64,000 nucleotides of DNA. Source: Nitrospiraceae bacterium. Its GTDB lineage: Bacteria; Nitrospirota; Nitrospiria; Nitrospirales; Nitrospiraceae. The stretch lies in assembly GCA_050246315.1 (NCBI GenBank), contig JBFWWG010000002.1, positions 524,811 to 588,810 of the forward strand. The letters are read 5' to 3'. Within the stretch, counting starts at the first letter, position 1, and each line of letters opens with the position of its first letter. Shown here piece after piece: positions 29,635-38,029 of this stretch. A model generated the notes under the pieces. The model had not been told where the DNA came from. It searched no databases and saw only the letters and a program-made list of their open reading frames with translations. Both the position numbers and the translations under genes were made by a program.

Positions 29635-32254
29635 GTGCCTTCTCCACCAGCGGAAAGACCTTTTCGAGGGCGCGGGGCAACCCTTCAGGTTGCTTGCCTC
29701 CGGCCTGCGCGAGTTCCGGCCGCCCCCCCCCGGTCCCTCCGACCTCGGCCGCCATGGATTTGATCAGCTCGCCTGCTTTGATCGCGGCGGTCAGGTCCTT
29801 GGTCACCGCGACCAGCAGGGAGACTTTGTCATCAGCCACGCCACCCAGCGCCACTACGCCTGATTTGAGCCTATCACGAACCCGATCGGCCAGTGCCCGC
29901 ATCCCGTTCATGTCCATCCCGTCTGTCCGTTGCACATGAACCTGCACCAGGCCGATCGAGCGGACCTGGGCATCACTCGACGCGCCGCTGGCAAGCTTGA
30001 GCTTCAGTTCTTCCAGTTCACGTTCCTTGTCTTTGAGCTGCGCGGCCATCCTTTTTGTCCGGCCGACGAGATCCGCCGGGGCGACCTTCAGAATTTCAGA
30101 CATCTCGCGAACGTCCGCTTCGAGCCGCTTCAATGCCGACAACGCCCCCACCCCTGTCTGCGCTTCAATCCGGCGCACCCCGGCAGCCACGCCCGTCTCG
30201 GACAGGATCCGGAATAGGCCGATCTCACCGGTGTGACGGCAGTGAGTTCCGCCGCACAGTTCCTTGCTGAATGCTTCGATGGTCACGACGCGGACCTGCT
30301 CTCCGTATTTGTCCCCAAAGAAGGCCAGCGCACCAGCAGAAACCGCATCCTGGATGCCCATCACCTCAGTCCGTACCGGCTCGTTGCGGCGAATCTGGTC
30401 ATTGACGACCGTTTCAACCTCGTCGATATCCTTGTCGGACAACGTCTTGAAATGTGCGAAGTCGAACCGCAGTCGATTCGGGGCCACCAGCGAACCATAT
30501 TGTTTGACATGGGGGCCCAGCAGATCTCGGAGGGCGGCGTGGACGAGGTGCGTCGCCGTATGGTTGCGGGCAGCATCCTGCCTCGTGTTGACTCGCACCT
30601 GGGCCTGCAGCCGATCTCCTTCGGACACTCGGCCGCTCCGGACCCTGCCCTTGTGCACAACTGTCGTTGGGAACGGTCTGACAGTCTCCATAATCTCGAT
30701 GTGACCTTCCGGTCCCACCAAAACCCCTTGATCCCCTACCTGACCGCCGCCTTCCGCATAGAACGGTGTGACGTCAAGCACACATTCGATGTCCTCGCCG
30801 GCCACCGCCTCCTTGACCAGGCGATCAGCCTTTACGATCGCCTGCAACACGCTCTCGGTCTGCAACCGTTCGTACCCGACGAACTGCGTCGCCGGCACCC
30901 GCGCCGCCAGGTCCTCGAACATCGGGTTGACGGCCTCGACCTCGAATGCGGCGGATTTCCGCGCCCTGGTCCTCTGCTCGTCAATCGCCAGGTCAAATCC
31001 CTCCTGATCGACGGTGAGCCCCTGCTCACGGCAAGCCTCGGCGATCAAATCCATCGGAAAGCCGTACGTATCGTAGAGTTTGAATACCTCCGGGCCCGCG
31101 AGCACCGGCTGACCGGCCGTTTTGGCCTTCGCTACCATGTCATTCAAAATCGGCAAGCCTTGGTCCAGCGTGGCAATAAATCGTTCTTCCTCCCCTTGCG
31201 TCACCTCGGTGATCGTACCGGCCGCAGCACTCAGCTCCGGGTAAAACGATCCCATAGACAGAGCCACCGAGCCGGTCAGGTCGTATAAGAACGGTTCCGG
31301 AACACCCAGCAAACGACCGTGCCGAGCGGCACGCCGGAGAATCCGGCGGAGCACATATCCGCGGCCTTCGTTCGAAGGCAAAATCCCGTCGGCCACCAAG
31401 AAGGCGATGGCCCGTAGGTGGTCGGCAACGACGCGCATGGACCGATCGTCCGCAAGGCTCGCCCCATATCGTTTTCCGGTCCTGGCCGCGATCGCGTCAA
31501 GAATCGGCGCGAAGACGTCGCCGTCATAGTTGCTGTGCTTCCCCTGCACGACGGCCGCCAGACGCTCCAATCCCATGCCGGTATCTATGCTCGGTCTGGG
31601 AAGCGGCTGCCGTTCGCCCTTTTCGTCTTGATTGAACTGCATGAACACGAGGTTCCAGATCTCGATCACGCGATCGCCCTCTCCGTTCGGCAGGTCGTCG
31701 CCCGGCACGGCCGCTCCCTGATCGAAGTGAATTTCCGAGCAGGGACCACAGGGACCCGTATCGCCCATTTGCCAGAAATTATCCTTCTCACCAAACCGCA
31801 TGATGCGTGTCTCCGGCACGCCGATTCTTTTCCAAAGAGCTGCCGCATCATCGTCGTCCTGGTAGACCGTGACCCAGAGCCGATCCCGGGCCAATCCGAT
31901 TTCCTTGGTCAGAAATTCCCACCCAAACTCGATGGCCTCGGCTTTGAAGTAGTCCCCGAACGAGAAGTTCCCCAACATCTCGAAGAAAGTGTGGTGCCGT
32001 GCCGTATAGCCGACATTCTCAAGATCATTGTGCTTTCCGCCTGCCCGCACACATTTCTGCACCGTCACAGCTCGCTTGTAGGCCCGACGCTCCTCGCCGA
32101 GGAACACGCGCTTGAATTGATTCATCCCGGCATTCGTAAACAACAGGGTGGGGTCCGCCTGGGGAATCAGGGGCGAGCTGACTACAGCCTGATGGCCCTG
32201 CCGCTCAAAATACCCAAGAAACGCCCGGCGGATAGCTTCTGTCGTGTGATTCAT
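29624..32254 (-). CDS. alaS: Alanine--tRNA ligase
   Basis: FTNAGM, HHTFFEMLGNFS, DTGMGLER, HTATH, ELCGGTH motifs. Confidence 0.99.
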   Translation of the reverse strand: MNHTTEAIRRAFLGYFERQGHQAVVSSPLIPQADPTLLFTNAGMNQFKRVFLGEERRAYKRAVTVQKCVRAGGKHNDLENVGYTARHHTFFEMLGNFSFGDYFKAEAIEFGWEFLTKEIGLARDRLWVTVYQDDDDAAALWKRIGVPETRIMRFGEKDNFWQMGDTGPCGPCSEIHFDQGAAVPGDDLPNGEGDRVIEIWNLVFMQFNQDEKGERQPLPRPSIDTGMGLERLAAVVQGKHSNYDGDVFAPILDAIAARTGKRYGASLADDRSMRVVADHLRAIAFLVADGILPSNEGRGYVLRRILRRAARHGRLLGVPEPFLYDLTGSVALSMGSFYPELSAAAGTITEVTQGEEERFIATLDQGLPILNDMVAKAKTAGQPVLAGPEVFKLYDTYGFPMDLIAEACREQGLTVDQEGFDLAIDEQRTRARKSAAFEVEAVNPMFEDLAARVPATQFVGYERLQTESVLQAIVKADRLVKEAVAGEDIECVLDVTPFYAEGGGQVGDQGVLVGPEGHIEIMETVRPFPTTVVHKGRVRSGRVSEGDRLQAQVRVNTRQDAARNHTATHLVHAALRDLLGPHVKQYGSLVAPNRLRFDFAHFKTLSDKDIDEVETVVNDQIRRNEPVRTEVMGIQDAVSAGALAFFGDKYGEQVRVVTIEAFSKELCGGTHCRHTGEIGLFRILSETGVAAGVRRIEAQTGVGALSALKRLEADVREMSEILKVAPADLVGRTKRMAAQLKDKERELEELKLKLASGASSDAQVRSIGLVQVHVQRTDGMDMNGMRALADRVRDRLKSGVVALGGVADDKVSLLVAVTKDLTAAIKAGELIKSMAAEVGGTGGGRPELAQAGGKQPEGLPRALEKVFPLVEKALGQ

Positions 32255-32278
32255 GACACAGTCCTTCCGTACATCCAG

Positions 32279-32806
32279 CTAGTCGCCGTCAACGTCCTTG
32301 TTGGGCAGACGTTCCGCTCCCAGGGCTTCGACAATCAGATCCTCGTTAAATCCGCGTTGCCTCAGAACAGAGGCGAGACGCGCCTGCGACCCAGCTCGCC
32401 CTCTTGCTTTCTGTTCCTGCATGACCAGGGATGCCAACCGCCGTTCAGTCCCTCGTCCATACAAGCGCGTCAGTGTCTCAGCGACCAAGGGCTCATCGAA
32501 GCCTTTGGCCAACAATTCCGCTTCGAGGGCCACCCACGCCATCGGGCGCCGCGCAAGCCGTGATTCGGCCCATCGCAAGGCGAACGCGCGATCATTCAAA
32601 TACCCAAGTTCGATACAACGTTCGACGGCCTTACGCACGGCACGCTCGGGCAGGCTCCGCCGTTGTAGATACCCGGTAACCTGTGCGACGGTCCGATCCC
32701 CTTGCGACAAGTATCTGAATGCCAAGAGAACAGGGTCCTGCCGAGCGAATACCGTTCGGCGCCGCGAGGAGGAGCCCTTCATGGCATCACTGCCATGGTC
32801 GGCCAT
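32279..32806 (-). CDS. recX: Regulatory protein RecX
   Basis: GYLNDRAFA, L..KG, L.QRGF motifs; directly after recA. Confidence 0.88.
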   Translation of the reverse strand: MADHGSDAMKGSSSRRRTVFARQDPVLLAFRYLSQGDRTVAQVTGYLQRRSLPERAVRKAVERCIELGYLNDRAFALRWAESRLARRPMAWVALEAELLAKGFDEPLVAETLTRLYGRGTERRLASLVMQEQKARGRAGSQARLASVLRQRGFNEDLIVEALGAERLPNKDVDGD

Positions 32807-32833
32807 GTCCCGTCGCGCGATTCTGGAGGAGCG

Positions 32834-33925
32834 TCACCCCCGCACCGCGTGAGACCGCCGCTCCTTCTCCTCGCTTTTTCCGTCGGTCTTCTTGTCATCC
32901 TTGTCGGTCCGCTTGTCGGGCGACTTTGTCCCAACTCCGGATGCTTCACGGACTCGCTGCTCGATCTCACGCGCCGTCGACGGATTGTTCTTCAAATAAT
33001 CCCGCACTTGCTCCCGTCCCTGACCCAATCGCTCTCCTTTATAGGAATACCAGGCTCCGGATTTCTCCAAAACCCGTTTTTCGACCCCGAGATCCACCAG
33101 TTCGCCCATTTTGGAGATGCCTTCCGCAAACATGATATCGAATTCCGCCTGTTTGAAGGGCGGAGCCATTTTGTTCTTGACTACCTTGACACGGACGCGG
33201 CTACCGGTCACGTCAGTGCCTTCCTTGATCGATTCAATCCGACGGATGTCGAGCCGGACAGAAGAATAGAACTTGAGAGCATTTCCGCCCGTTGTGGTCT
33301 CGGGATTCCCAAACATCACTCCCAACTTCATGCGAATCTGGTTAATGAAAATGACCATCGTCTGGGACTTCGAAATGGCCGCCGTCAATTTCCTCAGCGC
33401 CTGCGACATCAGGCGCGCCTGCAATCCCATGTGGGCATCGCCCATCTCCCCTTCGATTTCCGCACGGGGCACCAAGGCTGCCACGGAATCGATGACCAGT
33501 AAATCAACAGCCCCGCTGCGAACCAATGTTTCAGCAATTTCCAGGGCCTGCTCTCCGGTATCAGGCTGCGAGACCAGCAGATCGTCAGTATTGACGCCCA
33601 ATTTGCGTGCATAGCCAAGATCCAGGGCATGCTCGGCGTCGATAAAGGCAGCGATGCCCCCGGACTTCTGCGCTTCAGCAATCACGTGCAGCGACAGGGT
33701 GGTCTTCCCGGAGGATTCAGGACCAAAAATCTCGATGACTCGACCCCGTGGCAATCCACCAATCCCCAACGCGATATCCAACGAGAGGGAGCCGGAGGAC
33801 ACGACCGGCGTATCGACGATCACCTCTGCCGTGCCGAGTTTCATCACCGCCCCCTTGCCATACTGCTTTTCAATTTGAGACAGCGCCAAGTCCAGCGCAC
33901 GTTTCTTGTCGTCTTTTTCAGCCAT
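32834..33925 (-). CDS. recA: Recombinase RecA
   Basis: [23 protein letters not shown] motifs. Confidence 0.99.
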   Translation of the reverse strand: MAEKDDKKRALDLALSQIEKQYGKGAVMKLGTAEVIVDTPVVSSGSLSLDIALGIGGLPRGRVIEIFGPESSGKTTLSLHVIAEAQKSGGIAAFIDAEHALDLGYARKLGVNTDDLLVSQPDTGEQALEIAETLVRSGAVDLLVIDSVAALVPRAEIEGEMGDAHMGLQARLMSQALRKLTAAISKSQTMVIFINQIRMKLGVMFGNPETTTGGNALKFYSSVRLDIRRIESIKEGTDVTGSRVRVKVVKNKMAPPFKQAEFDIMFAEGISKMGELVDLGVEKRVLEKSGAWYSYKGERLGQGREQVRDYLKNNPSTAREIEQRVREASGVGTKSPDKRTDKDDKKTDGKSEEKERRSHAVRG

Positions 33926-34080
33926 TCCAGGCTCCTCCGTTGGGATCGAAATTGTGGAATTATACCCGACGCGATCCCGAAAAACCTAGGCCGATGCCGG
34001 GTATGGATGCCCGATTCTTCTCATGCGAACACAGGCAGATCATGTTAGAGTGGTTCTTCCATCTTTGGCGCCGCATCAAC

Positions 34081-35523
34081 ATGCACTTTTGCTCATCACC
34101 CGCACAAGCGATCGGGCTCCGATCACGCCGTGGCCTCGTCCTTTGGTTCGTGATGACACTGCTTTTCGACGCAATCGGCGTTCATGCCGACCAGCCGGCC
34201 GGTCCGGCAGCATCCACCTCCTCTCAGACGAGACCGTCGACGATCATGGTACATGCCGCCGCCCCGCTCGCCCTCCTCAAGCCGGCATTGGATGAACTGG
34301 ATACCGCGTTGCACCACCGGACCGATGACCGCTGGACAGAGCTTTCCCAAGGAGCCGGCTTCATCAGATATGTTTGGAAGCGAGATCGGGTGGAATGGAC
34401 CGTCCGAGGAAATCAAGTTGAGTTCAACTTGACCCTCACATTTACGGCCGATACCGCGCGGTCGCCCCAAAGCAAGAACGTTGCCTCCTGCGGACTTCCT
34501 ACGTCGGGCAGATCGCCGGGCAGAGTCGTTGCGCACATCAGATCCGTCCTCTCTTTGGACCCCCAATACAGCGTGAGGGCTTCCAGTAAGGTCACCTCCG
34601 TCCAGGTCATCGCGAGCTGTCTCCGCGCATCGGACCGGGCGGACCTGACCCCCACGGTTGCCTATCTTCTGCGCACCGATCTTCAGCAGATGCTTCCGAT
34701 CCTCGACACTCACATCCAGCGCCAATTCCAGTTTAGAGAACCGGCCCACAAGGCCTGGAGCGCTCTGCAGCGTCCCGTGTCGGTAGCAGATCAGCAACAC
34801 ACGGCGCTCCTCCTTGACCCACGAGAAACCAGGGCTGGATCCATCGTGGGCCAGGACAGTTTGTTGAAGGCAGCGATTGGGTTCATCGTGTTGCCCAGAC
34901 TGACGAATGGTCATGTTGCGGGCACGCCGGCAACTTCGCTCCCACCACTCAAGCCCACGCCTGCCTCCAATGGCTTCCACCTCTCGCTCGATGTCCCGGT
35001 TCCCTATGAGGAGGCCAACGAGCAATTGACCCAACGTCTCGTCGGACAAACCTATGGGACGGAGCCTGGAACGGTCGCCATACGGCAGGTTCATTTCCAC
35101 CCGGCCGGTGAAAAGGCCGCCCTTGAAATCACTCTGGACTTGGCCGGCCTTGCGCCGATGACACTCCTGATGCAAGGCACCCCGACATATGACCCGGAAA
35201 CCCAAACCGTCCGCTTTTCTCATTTTGACTACCGGATTCAGAATCGTTCCATGCTGACCGATCTCGCAGAGTCATTGCTGCACGAGGAATTTCGTCAATG
35301 GTTGGAACAAAGCGCGATCATCCCTCTGGCGGACAAACTGGAGGATGCCCGGCAACAATTGGAAGCCGGCCTCAATCGAGATGTTGATGGCGGGACCCTG
35401 CAAGGTCGGATATCGTCGCTGCGTCTGGTCAGTCTCACTATGAAGCCCACACTGGTACTCGGCCGATTCACCGCCGACGGCGACTTGCATTACCATCTGC
35501 AAGAACAGCCTCCTTCCCGCTAG
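34081..35523 (+). CDS. DUF4403-like exported protein (start uncertain)
   Basis: Signal-peptide-like segment (LVLWFVMTLLFDAIGVHA); AW..LQ.P, L.LDP and GTP.YD patterns. Confidence 0.65.
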   Translation: MHFCSSPAQAIGLRSRRGLVLWFVMTLLFDAIGVHADQPAGPAASTSSQTRPSTIMVHAAAPLALLKPALDELDTALHHRTDDRWTELSQGAGFIRYVWKRDRVEWTVRGNQVEFNLTLTFTADTARSPQSKNVASCGLPTSGRSPGRVVAHIRSVLSLDPQYSVRASSKVTSVQVIASCLRASDRADLTPTVAYLLRTDLQQMLPILDTHIQRQFQFREPAHKAWSALQRPVSVADQQHTALLLDPRETRAGSIVGQDSLLKAAIGFIVLPRLTNGHVAGTPATSLPPLKPTPASNGFHLSLDVPVPYEEANEQLTQRLVGQTYGTEPGTVAIRQVHFHPAGEKAALEITLDLAGLAPMTLLMQGTPTYDPETQTVRFSHFDYRIQNRSMLTDLAESLLHEEFRQWLEQSAIIPLADKLEDARQQLEAGLNRDVDGGTLQGRISSLRLVSLTMKPTLVLGRFTADGDLHYHLQEQPPSR

Positions 35524-35779
35524 CCTGCCTTCTCCAGGAAAGCTTTCATCAGAGTCGGCGCTTTTCCACCCCGCAATCATGCATCTTGCGATGGGACGAC
35601 AGCTCGGACCGTTGGAGACTCTCATCGAGACCAGGCAGTTCCACTGGTCCAATCGCGCCCCTACAGCGCGCTCCACCTATCGCGAGCAAGAACCTGGATT
35701 GTCCGAAACAACAATTGCATGTTATAGTCCCTCCCTGAAGAATTTGAATCGTGCGCCCCTTCTCATCGCTTGTTTGAGT

Positions 35780-35855
35780 GGCGGTGTAGCTCAGTTGGTA
35801 GAGCAGCGGACTCATAAGCCGCGGGTCACCCGTTCAATCCGGGTCACCGCCACCA
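35780..35855 (+). tRNA. tRNA-Met (CAT), probably elongator
   Basis: Full cloverleaf: GGCGGTG/CACCGCC acceptor stem, CT-CAT-AA loop, GTTCAATC T-loop, encoded CCA; G1-C72 is paired so it is not the initiator; G4 rather than C4 argues against Ile2. Confidence 0.95.
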
Positions 35856-36071
35856 TATCCGAGCCTTGCTTGAACTGGTGGCAGATTTGCCCCTTATCGT
35901 AGCTGACGCCACCGAAGAGGCACCTCAACTAGCCTTCCACTTCTAATCGCACTTCGCGTGAACCGCCTTGCCTCCCCGCTGGCTGCGGCCTCGCTGGCCG
36001 GCCATATTGAACATTCTGCGAGCTGTCCTGATTTCTGCTGTGGTCGTGTACGACTCTGCGTGCTCGGGAGT

Positions 36072-36326
36072 TCAAAAAGGCTTTTCAATAGCCTGCTCTC
36101 GCTGACCTTTTCTTCGATTCGGGCGGATAGGTTGCAGAGGTGACGTTCCACTACTTGCCATGCGTCCACCCTGCCAAAATCCTCGCCACCACGAATCGCC
36201 CCGTTTCTCCACCCTCTGTTTAGCCTCCACCTGCCGCTCCAGAAACCGAAGATGTGCCTCAAGGGACCGGATAGACCGCTCCAAATTGATCACCTGCCGA
36301 TTGAAGCCTTGATTCGCAATCATCAC
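36072..36326 (-). CDS. Small hypothetical helical protein, possibly frameshifted (may continue to 35894)
   Basis: Strong GAGGAGG RBS; coiled-coil-like LERSIRSLEAHLRFLERQV; downstream of the repressor in the same orientation. Confidence 0.45.
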   Translation of the reverse strand: MMIANQGFNRQVINLERSIRSLEAHLRFLERQVEAKQRVEKRGDSWWRGFWQGGRMASSGTSPLQPIRPNRRKGQREQAIEKPF

Positions 36327-36352
36327 ATCCTCCTCTGTTTTGTAGTCCGAAG

Positions 36353-36520
36353 ACTAGAACCTATCTCAAAATCAAGAAAGCTCACTTCTGACGATAGTCG
36401 GTTGGGCAAATTAAGAGTTCTTAGGCGCGTTTCACAGGAAAACATCAATTCGTTGATGACTCAGGAACCTTTTGGAAAACGCATTCCCGCTCGACAAGCA
36501 ATTTTGAGATAGGTTCTAGT
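36353..36520. mobile_element. MITE-like element, family B (168 bp)
   Basis: Perfect 20-bp inverted repeats ACTAGAACCTATCTCAAAAT (36353-36372) and ATTTTGAGATAGGTTCTAGT (36501-36520); CTAG at both ends; AT-rich interior. Confidence 0.85.
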
Positions 36521-37058
36521 TGCAATGACGAATAACGCCGACGACAACCCCTTCGATATGAAATTCATCGGTCGGATGAACGGGAATCGGGCGCATGGCA
36601 GGGTTGGCAGGATGAAGCTCGACGTGCGCGCCTCTCCGTACAAATGTCTTGATCGTGGCCTCCCGATTGAGGAGCGCGATCACGGCCTGTCCGTTGCGTG
36701 CCATGTGTTGTTTCCTGACCACGACGTAATCTCCAGGCAGGATGCCCTCATCACGCATCGACTCTCCCTTGATCCTGAGGACCATGGTGCCGCCGGCCTC
36801 TATCATCGCTTGCGGGACCTCTATCAGGTCGGATTGAGCGATCGGTTCGATCGGAGACCCAGCCGCTACAACCCCCGCCATCGGCAGCACGCGCTTTTCA
36901 GTCAGCTTTTTCAGAATGACATCCACGACCCCGGGGATACGTCGCGTTCCTCCTTCATAGCGGGTCACGGTCATCCGGGTCGTCCGTAACTCCTGGGCCA
37001 ACTCTTCTTGTGTCAATCCAAGGGCCTGGCGGCGACGCTTCAGTTCATCCGGCTTCAT
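36516..37058 (-). CDS. XRE-HTH plus peptidase S24 repressor (LexA/CI-like)
   Basis: LGLTQEELA..YE.G XRE HTH; VAAG cleavage site; GESM Ser and ATIK Lys catalytic dyad. Confidence 0.9.
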   Translation of the reverse strand: MKPDELKRRRQALGLTQEELAQELRTTRMTVTRYEGGTRRIPGVVDVILKKLTEKRVLPMAGVVAAGSPIEPIAQSDLIEVPQAMIEAGGTMVLRIKGESMRDEGILPGDYVVVRKQHMARNGQAVIALLNREATIKTFVRRGAHVELHPANPAMRPIPVHPTDEFHIEGVVVGVIRHCN

Positions 37059-37059
37059 A

Positions 37060-37096
37060 TGTATCCAATGGTTACAGTTTTCATGCCTCTTGTCAA
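37060..37096 (-). promoter_or_regulatory. Repressor promoter with candidate autoregulatory operator
   Basis: TTGACA at 37096-37091; palindrome TGTAACCA-T-TGGATACA (37076-37060) covering the -10 region, 1 nt before the ATG. Confidence 0.65.
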
Positions 37097-37182
37097 GCCC
37101 CCACCTGTCTCCCGAGTCGCTTTACCGCCAGTCTACACCTGCACTTCAGAACCCCGCCCACCGCCCGATAAGAGATCAACAC

Positions 37183-37449
37183 ATGATGACGCGCCTCCCA
37201 ACCATGGCAGAAATCAGCCTCACCAGGCCTTCCCACACGGGACGCCGCATCATCGCAGCGTTCCTCGGAACCGCCGCCGCTATAGTGTGGTTCCTCATCG
37301 CCCTCTCCCTCTGGCATGCACAGGTTCCTGCAACCTGGTTACAAGACCTCCTCCTCCTCTTGGGCGGATTGCTCGCCTTCTTAGCCCCCTGCACGTTCGT
37401 CTGGGCCATCGTGCGTACTTATGAATGGGCAAAAGGGCTGCTTCGCTGA
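37183..37449 (+). CDS. Small two-TM membrane protein, divergent from the repressor
   Basis: Two hydrophobic stretches (IIAAFLGTAAAIVWFLIALSLW; LLLLLGGLLAFLAPCTFVWAIV). Confidence 0.6.
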   Translation: MMTRLPTMAEISLTRPSHTGRRIIAAFLGTAAAIVWFLIALSLWHAQVPATWLQDLLLLLGGLLAFLAPCTFVWAIVRTYEWAKGLLR

Positions 37450-37588
37450 TTTCAGCAATCCTTCCCTACCGTAGACGCCTTGCCTCATTGACAGAGTTTC
37501 TCAAGGTGTCTCCTCTGAAACCTGTCCGTGATCAGCGCCTTCGGCCGAGGATGCAACCTCCTCCCAATCCTGCCGCTTGTGATTATTC

Positions 37589-37618
37589 TTGACAAATATA
37601 CTCCACTTTCCATACACT
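37589..37618 (+). promoter_or_regulatory. sigma70 promoter for yezD-porin-modA-lipoprotein
   Basis: TTGACA-18 nt-TACACT. Confidence 0.6.
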
Positions 37619-37704
37619 CCAGCATCTGCATCAATCATTCATCATCCTTCAGATCAAGGTGCTCATCGGATGAAGGCATACGGTGAGACACCCGGAGGAA
37701 CGCC

Positions 37705-37899
37705 ATGGGAAACCGTGAATCCGTTGCTCAGTGGAACGACCAAGCGATTGAGGATGTCATCCTGCGAAGCCTGCTAGGGATTCGCTACGGTTCGATCGAG
37801 ATCATCGTGCACGACTCGCGGATCGTCCAGATTGAACGCAAAGAAAAAGTACGATTCGACATGGCTCAGGCACGGGCCGACTCGAAAAGCGTGGGCTGA
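37705..37899 (+). CDS. YezD/OscA family (DUF2292) small protein
   Basis: IRYGSIEIIVHDSRIVQIERKEKVR signature; GGAGG RBS. Confidence 0.88.
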   Translation: MGNRESVAQWNDQAIEDVILRSLLGIRYGSIEIIVHDSRIVQIERKEKVRFDMAQARADSKSVG

Positions 37900-37914
37900 A
37901 ACCGTATCGGCCCA

Positions 37915-38005
37915 GAAGGCTGCCGGCCGTCCAGCACATACTGGAGGCCCAGCCTTCCTCTAATTAGCAGCCGACCAGGCGAGCTGACCGGACAACCGGA
38001 GGTTC
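37915..38005 (+). other. Tandem related stem-loops between yezD and the porin gene (candidate cis-regulatory RNA)
   Basis: GAAGGCTG-CC-GGCC-G-TCCAG-CACATA-CTGGA-GGCC-CAGCCTTC and CTGA-CCGG-ACAA-CCGG-AGG. Confidence 0.5.
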
Positions 38006-38029
38006 CCATGTCACGAAGGAGCTTCAGAC

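Noticed and set aside
33926..34080. SOS box upstream of recA
   Set aside because: No match to known LexA boxes or to the 37060-37076 palindrome that I could see.
35780..35855. A31-G39 mismatch in the tRNA-Met anticodon stem
   Set aside because: I recall the same GGACTCATAAGCC arm in other bacterial elongator Met tRNAs; not evidence of a pseudogene or novelty.
37619..37704. Moco/Wco riboswitch in the leaders of the mod-related operons
   Set aside because: Small hairpins exist, but I could not match the conserved motif by eye; an Infernal search against Rfam would settle it.
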